Source: Tubiluchus corallicola (lineage: Eukaryota > Animalia > Priapulida). From it: 64,000 nucleotides of DNA. Positions 1 through 11,400 of the stretch are shown in pieces. The stretch spans positions 620,001 to 684,000 of the forward strand of contig JAQGDQ010000047.1 in assembly GCA_030141605.1 (NCBI GenBank). The letters run 5' to 3'. Position 1 is the stretch's first letter; the number at the start of each line of letters is the position of its first letter. A program made the translations under genes and the position numbers. Under the pieces are notes generated by a model that saw nothing but the letters and a program-made list of their open reading frames with translations, did not search any database and was not told the DNA's origin.

Positions 1-254
1 ATCTTTGTCTGAAAAAGAAATGATAGAAAACATTCAATTTGAATTTTGCACTTTTATAGATTTAATGTAGTATTACAATTTCTCATATTGTCATATATAT
101 TAATTCATTATGGTGATATTGTATATGTGCTCATGTAAATAAGTAGCATGTAATTTCCTTTTAGGAGCTAATAAATCTATCTGTCTATCTATTTATGTCT
201 ATCTAGAAAACTTGCAATGTTTTCTGACAAACACCTACAAAACTGCATAGGTTC

Positions 255-645
255 ATGTTATCACCAAGAAAATGCACCATGGTTACCGATATGAACAATT
301 TATTGCTAGCGCACTTTCGTGATAACCATATGGTCTCAAAATTTCAGATGGATGAGCTGCTTCAATATTCTTTGAAAATGGGCAGCTCTCTTAAGCACTG
401 TATCAAACTTCAAAAATACAATTTGGCGAAGTTTGTTAGTGTTATTAACTAGATTACTGTAATGACTGTTATGTAATACTGTAGCTGCACTGTACATATT
501 ATTTTCTTATATTTTCTTACTTAATGTTCACTGTATTGTTGTACCTTGTCAAAAATGTCTAAGTTGCACACAGTTGTTGTAACGTCTTCTCCGGGTGAAA
601 GAGATAGAAATAAAATTTTAAATTTGAATTTGAATTTTGAAATTT
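255..645 (+). mobile_element. Degenerate LINE-like 3' end with (TTTGAA)n tail
   Basis: Frameshifted remnants NNLLLAHFR and STVSNFKNTIW are followed by AATAAA and AAATTTGAATTTGAATTTTGAAATTT. A second tail-like motif (AATTTCC...AATAAA-TCTATCTGTCTATCT) lies at about 150-205. Confidence 0.35.
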
Positions 646-2193
646 GTGTGTTCTCTATATGTGTTACGGCACCTTGAACTTCAAAAGTTGAGGGTGCCAC
701 TGCTAAACTTTAGCAACTTCTGCCTTTATAAAATTCTATGCAGAAAATGTGCTACACAAAATATCGTTTTTGGAAAGAAATTTAATAGGGATGGGAACGG
801 AGTGCAGATGAATTACTGCGTGGGTAGAGATCGAGCTCATTATCCTTACAAGGAAGCTATCAATGTGCTAATCTCAAACAGCACTGTTAGACTAGGGCTA
901 ACAAAGTTACCTAATACTCTCTCTTCCAGTGCGTGCAATATTCGCCACAGTCTAGCTTGTGCTATTGCTAATTCCCGCTTTCTACTCTCCAGGAATTTAA
1001 TAAGACAGGTTCAAACCCAAATTCAATAAATATGGGCCGCTAATACCATTACGCTGTTGGAATGGAATTAATATCGGTAGCTGGTACGTATATATACTGG
1101 GTGGTATGACTTTAAAAGCACGCAACACTGATATAGACGCTGTCAAGCTTATTATTAGGCTTCCTTCATTTTAGAACAAACGCTTTTGGTGGCGGTTGAA
1201 TGGGGGGGGGCTGTAATCTGGTCGCACTGCCACCTCAAAATATTAAGAATTACAAAAGTCATTCGTAAAACTGTAGTTCTCGAAGTCCCATGAGAAAATC
1301 TAATTAATCCACTGATGTTTTGCCGAATGCTCAAAGCGCTGAAATTTGTCAACAATGTATAATATCAGTGCAATATATTGATGACTAAGTTATGAAAATG
1401 AATAAAACGACAAAATAAAAAAACATACAACTCCTTACCTAGAACAAATGCAAGTCTGCCTTTAGAATTACAGGCTGCTGTATCGCTAGAATTCACTTGC
1501 AATGCAATATTTTATTTCCGTTTTAAATAACTACAGAGGAGTCTATTTTAGTACACTTGAAAATGGGGCATTGTGCTTAAAAGCCTAAAATAAATTTATG
1601 ATGCCAGATCACTTCATTATTTCCCTTAAATTGCAAGTGGTGCGATAAAAAGAAAGACTAGGTTACATACAAACTTATGTAACAAGTCAAAATACTGTAA
1701 ATAAAATTAATGGAAGTAAGCAAAGAAAGTAAATAATAAAATTTATGCGATCTACCATTACAGGTATATAGTTAACGGTTACTGCAACGGCTAGCTGTTA
1801 AAACAGCTTATTGGACCCACCTCATCCATTGCATTGGTTTCACTTTCACTGCACAGATCAATACCATAAATGATGGGATACTAGTTCAGTCAACACAATC
1901 AGCCATACACGTCTAACTGACACATACACGTATTCAAATACGCCCACTGACACAGCCCAATATACGCAGGCATTTTTGAAGAGGCACCTTGAAGTATTTA
2001 ATCAGAACGCCCTTGTAAAGTTAAGCAATTTAAAGAAGAATAAATTAATAACTTTAGGAGAGAAAAATTATAAGCAAAATTCGCTCACGAAAAGCATTTT
2101 GCAGGCTATTTGTACTGGCGAGAGCAAAAAGTGAAAATATGAAGATTGCTTCCGCTTTTTAAAAACCTGTTGCTGAACATCTGTAAAAACACT

Positions 2194-2419
2194 AACAAAA
2201 TTCAGAATATCTAAGTTAAAAGAAATAAAACAGGGAATTTTACTTTTTTACCCACCCGTGTTTTGTCATGCAACAGTCTACTGTCTTAACAAATAAAAAT
2301 AAATTGACATAGAAATTGTTCTTTCCCCATTCCATTCTCTCCCAGTTTCTTAACTCGCTCCCGTCCTCTTCCTGGCCCCTTTTCTGTTTCCAACAGTGTG
2401 TCTCCATCTTCTTTCTCTA

Positions 2420-2473
<54 letters not shown>

Positions 2474-2701
2474 CCCTCTCGCTCTCCCTCCCCTTCCCCT
2501 CTCCCAACAAAATTCAGAATGTCTAAGCTAAAAGAAATAAAACAAGGAATTTTACTTTTTTACCCGTGTTTTGTCATGCAACAGTCTAATGTCTTGACAA
2601 ATAAAAATAAATTGACATAGAAATTGTTCTTTCCCCATTCCATTCTCTCCCAGTTTCTTAACTCGTTCCCGTCCTCTTCCTGGCCCCTTTTCTGTTTCAA
2701 A

Positions 2702-2742
<41 letters not shown>

Positions 2743-2840
2743 CCCTCTCTTTCTCCCTCCCCTCCCCCCTCTCTCTCTCTTTCTTCCTCCCCTCCTCTCC
2801 TCTTCCTCTCCCTCCCTCCCCCCTCTCTCTTTCTCTCTCA
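2194..2840. repeat. Tandem duplication of about 312 bp, each copy ending in a (CT)n / pyrimidine microsatellite
   Basis: AACAAAATTCAGAAT...TTTTGTCATGCAACAGTCTA...CCTGGCCCCTTTTCTGTTTC starts at 2194 and again at 2506 with high identity. Confidence 0.93.
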
Positions 2841-3123
2841 AAATCCCTATCAAAATTATATTTTATACATATCAATAGACAAATATTACACTGCTTACAC
2901 ACTAAAAATCGTTTGGCTACAACAAGAAAAGAAAATAAGTGTATGGTACGTGTATAAAATGCAAATAGTAAAGTCAAGGAAGCCAACAAATCTCACGCTA
3001 ATGAGAAATACAATACCCAGTTGACTATTGTGGTAACAACCATTAAAAAGATTTGCACTGTAGTGAGCAAATCATCTGTGCAAACATTACCTAACATCAT
3101 CGCTGAGCGCAGACAGTTGAGAT

Positions 3124-4162
3124 ACTAGCCGCTAGTGGAAGTAGGACAATTGGCATACATGGGCTAGCCCAAGTAGGACGCGTCGTACATGGGCTGCCCA
3201 AGTAGGACACTAGATACCAGTCACAAATTGAGTCGTTAACCGTACTGGCAGCACCCGCTGTCCTTGTTTATTTAATAATAATAATTGAAAACGCCAAAAA
3301 CGTTGAATAATTTATTATACATCTGGTAAAATAAAAGAATCTTATTTTGAGTTAGTAAAATGGCCAATATTAAGTTTGGCTTCGATATTAATGGTTTTTT
3401 GAAGTGAAATAAGACCACTTCTTAGGCGACTCCAACATTTGCTTAAGGTACATCATTTTTATTTTGTCTCGCTTCACAGATGGAACGTCCCACTATGGAA
3501 CGAACTCTGTAATCAAACAAGCAATTTTACTTTGGAATTCTCTACCATTACAGGTTAAACAAATCAAGTCCCTATCAGCATTTAAAACAAAATTAAAATC
3601 ACTAATATTAACCAGATATGAAATACCATCACACCAGTACGACAACATACACACTAATTCCGAATTCATATACCCACGGCCATATTAATTAAATCATAAT
3701 TTTTTTTATATTTTTTTGTGTATAGTTGTAAATATGTTTGATTTTATTCGTCATTACTGCACAGTAGTTTAGATTGCACTGACGCATTTGCCTTCAGCAG
3801 TGTAAGTTTTTATTAACTAACACTGATTGATTATCTCTGTAAAGTTTTTATCAGTGATTATCAATGTTTTTAATGGCAAATAAAGATTATTATATATATA
3901 TATATATATAGATAGGTGATCTTTTTCACTACCTCTTGGACAAATAATTGATTACTACTTTGTAAACGGGATTGTAAATTGTCAAGGAATATCCATCATT
4001 ATTATAAAGTTATTTTTCTAAAACAAATTTAGTTTTACGTTTCATTATGCCATAATTCTCGACAGAAATCGCTAGTGTCCTACTTGGACTGCCCATGTAC
4101 GACACTGCTTTTCCGCAAATTTAGCACATGCGTTTTACCGGCAATGTCTTACTTCGGCTAGT
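3124..4162. mobile_element. MITE-like non-autonomous DNA transposon with inverted terminal/subterminal repeats
   Basis: GTCGTACATGGGCTGCCCAAGTAGGACACTAG (3182-3213) is inverted at 4072-4103 (CTAGTGTCCTACTTGGACTGCCCATGTACGAC). AAGTAGGAC occurs three times on the left and twice inverted on the right. The outer ends are ACTAGCCG / CGGCTAGT. Confidence 0.7.
3464..3910 (+). mobile_element. 5'-truncated CR1/L2-like LINE 3' end with (TA)n tail, nested in the MITE
   Basis: HYGTNSVIKQAILLWNSLPLQVKQIKSLSAFKTKLKSLIL is the typical WNSLP...SL..FK..LK C-terminus of CR1/L2-group ORF2. It is followed by a 3' UTR, AATAAA and (TA)n. A second copy lies at 57979-58483. Confidence 0.8.
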
Positions 4163-5439
4163 GGGTTACTCGGCGCCCTACAATACCACTGTATAAAGGC
4201 CAAAATTAAACTTTATTAGTGAGCAATATGAGTCTGTAAATGTATATAACTTGCAAGTGACCAAGGTTTCTTATAACAAATTCCATAAGCGTCACTGACT
4301 GCATATTGGAAATCGATAGCTCGACGCATTAAAGCAAGTTGTTTTCATAAACCACACCATTCAAGAAAACACTGCGCGAACTTCTAAGAGTCGCTAACGA
4401 AGCAATTACTGGGCAAAAATTGTTGTGTAATCAAGCATATCCAGCAGTAACATTTAAGCTCTGTTCAACCAGCACTGTTCACATACCCAGAACTGGCAGT
4501 TAAGCTCTGTTCATATTGTGTCTCACAACTTTTATTCATTGAGTAGGACAACCAACTGCTGTTCTCATGTCTAGTAGTCGATTGCTGTTGGCAAAGTGTA
4601 TTTATTCACTCATACTGTATAACACCAACAAAATGACCACTGTTCACCCACCCAAAAATGGTCAGCAAGCCATATAAAAATCCACAAATGGCAAATAAGG
4701 TATGTTCACACATCCCTAGTAATGACAGGAGTGTTGCATAGATGATGCATATGTTGAGTGTATATGATGGCAAGTAATGGTCGGAAAAGTATTGCGGAAG
4801 ATTTAAAATGAAAACAAACAACAAATCCTTTCAACGCTATTAGGATATAGGCCTACGCATAAAATATCTATAAAGTAATATAATAATTTTTTAAGGTGAT
4901 TTTTCTGAAACCTACTCCAGGTTCCCCTTTTCTTGTCCTTTAACGGAAGGGACGTGTTATTCAGCATGTTGGGTTTGTTTTACTGCTATCACGTAAACTT
5001 AAAATACATAACAAAAAAATTAGCAAAAAACTGGGTACTAAGCATACAACGCTGTAAAGACATTTTCAAGCGCAGTGGTAACCACCATCCCCTTGCAAAA
5101 TTTTGTGAGGTAACTGGTGAACTTCATGACTTTTTGTAGGCTCATTGTGGTTTTCCATCAGTGCGTGCTTTAAACTAATTTAAATTTTTGCAGTTTGCTT
5201 AATGTTTATGCAAAAATATCACAAAATTTTCAATTTTTTTGTAAAAGCATACTTTTGGAAAAATGGGTATCTAAAATGGGCACGCTTAAGCATGAAATGA
5301 TTTGTAACTTTCAAGTGCTTATCACATTTTTACTGCTGAAACTTTCTAACATTTCTTGCAAATATTTTAATATGGATAACTTTCCAGAAGGCTTGGCTCT
5401 TCCTTTAAAAAAAATTTGTTTTGCATATGACTCACTCAC

Positions 5440-8400
5440 CTTATCGCCAATCCCTGCATCTAGTATTGTAGCCATGCCTGCTACTTCCTTCTTCACTACG
5501 TCACTATCTACAAAGAAATGAAAATAGGACATTAAAATATGTATTAACTTTATTCAAATAACTCACAATCTCGCACACACACACATGAATACACACAAGC
5601 ACACACGCACGTGCGCATGCACCCACGCGTGCGCACACACACACAATGTTTCATTAAAAAGTAACCTACATAAAATGCCGAGGTAGTAAAGTAAATAAAC
5701 AACAACACTTTCAAATATGTAAATGTTCAAAACTGATCAAGCTTCCCCACATTGAAATGTTTATCTTATTTAATGCATTAGATGTAGTCTGACAAGGACT
5801 GGAAGGTAAGAGAATCAATTCCCAATACTGCCCATTTACGATACGTTGGAGGACAGTCAAATATTTTTCAAGCCCCATATTAGTAGTAAGCTGTTCACAA
5901 CAGCTGGTGTGAAGGGCCTAGGAAGTCAGACATTATCTACTGAACAACCCCGTTTAGTTAGTTACTCGTCAAGATTCTGTATTTTGTGCCACCAGTCATC
6001 TAGCACTCAACAGTGTAAGCATCTGAATAGGAATGAAAAGTCTCTAGCAGCAGCAACAGCAGCAGCCACAACAACAGCAGCAGCAGCAACGACAGAGGTG
6101 AAAACGGCTATGACAAGAACAACCAGTTAACTGAAATTTTCTATTTTTCTGATCATAAAATGTGAAAGTGTACCAGTGTTTACACTTCCGTCATTTTCAA
6201 TGTGACATTAAATATTTCCAGCAAAATCTCGTCGAAACTCGGACAATAAATTCCCTCCTGTCAGATATAATCTAGTTCAAAACTTGTCGAGCTATTACCC
6301 TGCGCAAATAGCCAATGCATAAAAGCGCAAGCTCTGACAATTGCAGAATTTAATGCAAACTTTCCTAATGTTTATAAGTAATAATAGTTTCAGCATTTCA
6401 GCTTTCGACGGCAAAACTTGCATACCCACGCGGACTGGGAAATGAAATGACAGCTAGAGCAAACAGTGAAGGTTTTACAAGGAAAACCACCGCAAACAAA
6501 AACCTGGTTTGATGATGTTGCCTCAGCATTATTAGCATTCACAAGCAAGACAAGGCTGCTTTAACTATATCAGTGTTAACAAAGCGTGGCCGTAAATTGT
6601 GAATCTAAGAGAAATTACAGATCCATTAACGATCACTATTAACAGGTAATCTTGAATTTAAGATTATAAGTAATTAATGGGTGATCCATGTTTTGTGGAG
6701 CATAGCAGAATCGGGAAAACACGCAAGTTATCATTACCATCACCTGCATGACAACAATAAAGGCGTTCGGTAAAATAGAATTCGAAATGTATAGGTGCAG
6801 TTACGCCTAAACAGTCAGATTAATGTACACTGGCTCACATACAAAAATGACCCAGTGTGGTCTCCTGACAGATTCAGTGAAACCTACGTAAAACATGGCG
6901 CACAAACTGAAAAATGCGAGAGCGTAGACATTTGACAAAATGTTGTTTTTGCCAATATTACCCAATAATTATTTAATATAAAACTAATATGAGGTCCACA
7001 GTCTTTCATTTACAATGTATTAAAGTACTATGCCTTCAATCCATAAAAAATCAAGAATAAACTTCCAATATATTGTTTAATGGTTTAACAAAGTGCTATG
7101 AGACGACCGAAACCATAGTTTGCCTAAACTTGTACTGTCTAGTGAATTACAGTCCCTTTGCTTAAAGGTGCACTAAATCCATAAAAAAATCAATAACAAA
7201 TCTACAATACATAGTTGGTTCAATGTAAAATTGAGATCGTCACTGAGGTGCTATGAAACGATTGAAATCCACAGCAGTCTAAAACATCCATATTAGCACA
7301 CCTAACAGCCTTTAACTTACAATTTATTAAATAATATGCCAACAATAATTCAAATCATAAAAATCAATAATAAACATTCAATGCATTACTGTTAAACATA
7401 ATTTGAGATCTTTTACGGAAGTGCGATGAAACGATTGAATTATATAGTTGGCTAAAACTTGTAATGATGACAGCCTTTGTGGTGAATTCGACAGCCTTTT
7501 GCTAATAATTAAATATTGTGCATATTATACCAGAACAATCAATAATAAACCATAAAAAATATCATAAAAAATAAACATGAACAATTTGATGATGTACAAC
7601 GGGAAAAGTAAACGAAACTGAGTGCGAGCTCATTTAGCCAACCTGCACTAATTAAAAATTTCTTCAGAATGTAAACACGTACTTATTTGGTTTCTTCATC
7701 ACTGTATCACTGTTTCCAAGAATGAAATCTTGTAGGGCTACCAGTCATAAACCACAAACGACTCAGCCTTAGGCTATACTATTTTTGCTAAATATGTTTA
7801 CATCGTAGTCCTTCACTTTTCAAAAAAATGCTTCAACAGCGATATTATAATATTCATCCGTCAACGCTCGGTCGATTGATTGCTGTTCGTAACACGGGCA
7901 CCAATTGAATCTGGCTTTCTGAATGAACACTCGCGTGACGTCATCAGCGGTCGATGAAGCCAGCTTAATGACTTTTGGAACGGGCTGCTACTGGCGAAAG
8001 TTGGCAAGTAAACATCGAAAGTCGGAGAAGGCGGTTCCAAAGATTGACGGAGGAATTCAACTTATTTGTAATGAGGTTTGTGTGGTCTGCCTTTCGACCA
8101 TGAATTGCTTCAAGTCATTTCATTCGAAGTTTAAAACTTCTAGTCTTTTGATCATGATATCACACGTTATGCAAAACTTTTTACACTACATCTGCTTGAT
8201 GCTCCACTTGGGTTTATAGTACTTTTTACACCCAGCCAGCCACCTCCAATATTACCTGCAAGTCATTTGCTTTTTGTTTAAGTTTTAAAATTTTATACCA
8301 GATGTTATGCATGCAGAACTTGTCATATCACCATTAACTGAGCTCGACAGTGCATCTGACATACTAGAATTTCCTGATGCAGTTGTGTCATGCAATCAAG

Positions 8401-11400
8401 TCATCTGGCTTAGGAGGTGAGAATTTCTCAAAAACTGAAAGATCTCATGGGGACTTACTGAACTAAGAGATATTCTCCTTTTAGCAAATCCTCATTTGAT
8501 TTAGCATGTTTTGTCTAAACGTACGTAGAGTTGATGACTAGCGTAGCATGCAACATCGTCTGCAGTGATCACTGTGACAGTATAGAATGTTGTCTGCACT
8601 GATGGCTGTGACAGCATGCAATGTTGTCTGCACTAATCACTGTGAAAGTATACAAAATTGTCTGTGCTGATTACTGTGATAGCATACAACGTTGTCTACA
8701 TGGATCACTCTGACTACTGTTAGCATGCAACCTGTGTCTGCACTGATCAGGATGATTAGTGTAGCAAATTACAACCCTTAGATGCCTTTGGAACTTGATA
8801 CCACGATGTGCTGACCTTTAGTTATTTATTCATTACAAATAGATCAAGTGACAGGTTCCAATTATTGGAACATTCAACGTCAGTAGAAAAACGAAAAAGT
8901 TCACTTTAATAACAAGTCTAAACCTCCAAAGTTTTTGTACCTGCTGTTTTGTTGCAAAAGCTTGTTTACTATTGGGAAAGCCTGATAGTCTACAGTTTAG
9001 ACACACATTCATCAGGATCACATGACAAGCAAGAATGACAACTTTGAGTACACAATATGGTGAATTTTTCTACTTATTTTATATGCTGCCTGTAATCAAT
9101 CTCGGATGACACCCAATTATGGTGGCGATTTATTTGCAATTTCTATTTTTTTAAGAATATATTTGTTTACTTCTTTTTGCACATTAATGATGTAATTTCC
9201 TTTTCACATATATTTTTTATTTTTTAATATGCTGTATTGAGCTAGATGTTCCAAAAAAATGGTATAAATAAATAAATATAGAAAAGTAACAGTTACTCCC
9301 GAATGCCACATTTAAACCCATCATTTCCAAATCATGAATATAACGTGCCATCCATGTAGTAATGGCACTCCCCTACCAAAATCAATAATGTGCACCCTTT
9401 CCACATAGTGTAATAAAAGTTTTTAGAAAATTGTTTCAATGGAAAATACTTCCACACCAAGTGTTTCTAACTTTCAGAAAATGCATGAAAGAAAATCGAA
9501 TCCTTTATTAAACTTCTGCGCCTGAAAGTGAAGGTATAAAAGATTCACTTCCATTAAGGTATAACAGAGGATTGCACTTATGAAAATAGTGCTGACAGGC
9601 AAATAGAGATGTCAGCCGTCAGTTTTAAACTTGAAAGCATTCAATAATTAAAGTGCACAAAATAAAGTAGTAAAATTTACATTGACTACAAGACCTATTG
9701 ATCAACGATTTTTAGCAACAACAGTAATTCTGTAAGAAGAAGAAAGACTAAAAGCAAAGTCCGAACATTTTTGATTGGGACGTTATGTAATATGAAACAA
9801 TTATAGTCTTTATAAATGGGTTATATATAAGCAAAAAGTCACATATGTGTTTTGCAGTCTTGCTTAATATACACGATCAAGATTCAAAAATTGATTTAAA
9901 CAGTATTTTATTAAGCCAGTTATTACATAAGTATGTGCAGAGAAAACATCCAGACATAACTGCAGGATTTGGCAATTCCATTAATGAAAATAAATTTACA
10001 CAAATAATCAGCAGTTTTATAGAGATCACTGTTAGTGATGCACTACGTAAACTGGTCTAAAAAGATAATGATAAAGAGCTTAGAAGAAATGACCTTTTAC
10101 AACTTTATTCACATATCACTCTTGTCTCCGGTATAGCCTCAACTTCTGGGAAGCACAGAAGTCTGGCTGCTGCATACAGGTGCTAAGAACTTATCATTCT
10201 GACAGTCTTTCATTGTGCATCTTAGTCTGCCTCTTTTTCATACATTCACCAAAGATAAAGCTATGTGAAAAAACATACTCATCAGGAAATCTCTTGCTTA
10301 AGGAAACACCAGGTCAGAACTGCCAGTGTGAGACAGTAAGAAACTTGCGATCCTGGGATCATAAATTCTGGTTCTGATCAATTCAGCTAAACTGAGTACA
10401 CATGAGGTGGCAATGAATTACATTACACAGCAAGTTATTGTCAGAGTTATGCCTTTTCTTTGAAAACCTTGACAGAAGGAAATATAGCTGAATAACAAGT
10501 GCCATAATGACGAATGTGGATTCCAAGATCACCGTCACTTAAAGAGCTCATCATTGCAGGAAATCTAATCGCAGTCCAGATGATTTATGATAATATAAGA
10601 TCTTACGAGAATCTAACCACACTATTACTATTTTTGTTTTTCCTTTCATAAGCATCTGTTGTTTAGTTAATTTTACATTGAAAAAAGTAGGCATTAAACT
10701 ACCTTAAACATTACTAAACATTTTAACTTAAACCAAGCGCAAAAAGCTGTAATGATTGTTATTATTAAACTGTTCTAACATCACTTTCATTTGACAGATT
10801 CTATTACTACTATTGCTGATGCCACAGCTGCTTCGTCACGACAACCACTACTACTGCTGCTATTAATACTGCTATCTGTTAGTTGAACAGCTGCTTCACT
10901 AGGTAAACTCTTCGAGTTTGGCAGAGAATTTATTTTCTGCACACGTTGCATCATCAACACATCTTAAATGGTACTAAGTTCAGCCAAGTTCACCTGTTAT
11001 AAAGCATTGAATTACTGGATTAAAAATATTCCCCACTCCTGCAACCATATGAAAGTCATGGAACAGCCAAAATTAAGCTCCTAATGTAATTGCTTGGTCA
11101 CATGGTTACACACTATCAGATTAAAAGTGATGCAGATAAAAATGCAGAACGCGGCATTAACTTTTATTTGTTAAGAATAAAAAAAAGCAGATCATGGCAT
11201 TAACTCTTATTTATTATGAATAAATTATCACTCCTACAGCCTATAATGTCATACTTTCAGCCTGTCAGTTGCCATGCCAAATATAATGCTTGAATTTTCA
11301 AGCTCAGGAATTCAGAAATTCTAACAAATTAATGCAAGCAAATTCTCAACCAATCTTTGCAAGCCAGCATGCATCACTCAGTTGCAATATCTGCTCCTAG

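Noticed and set aside
637-1029. 130-aa plus-strand ORF and the many other 60-125 aa ORFs in introns
   Set aside because: No recognisable domains or consistent splice context; expected by chance.
1437-1530. Minus-strand donor (TAG|GTAAGG) as a candidate PTPRN exon 14
   Set aside because: No nearby acceptor gives an open phase-0 frame; the tested frames hit stops.
2286-2989. ORFs encoding ERERER / LSLSLS runs (also 29132-29375)
   Set aside because: They are translations of (CT/GA)n microsatellites, not genes.
4606-4824. Hydrophobic 72-aa minus-strand ORF as a candidate PTPRN transmembrane exon
   Set aside because: It lacks a suitable acceptor/donor pair and the basic juxtamembrane stretch expected after the IA-2 TM helix.
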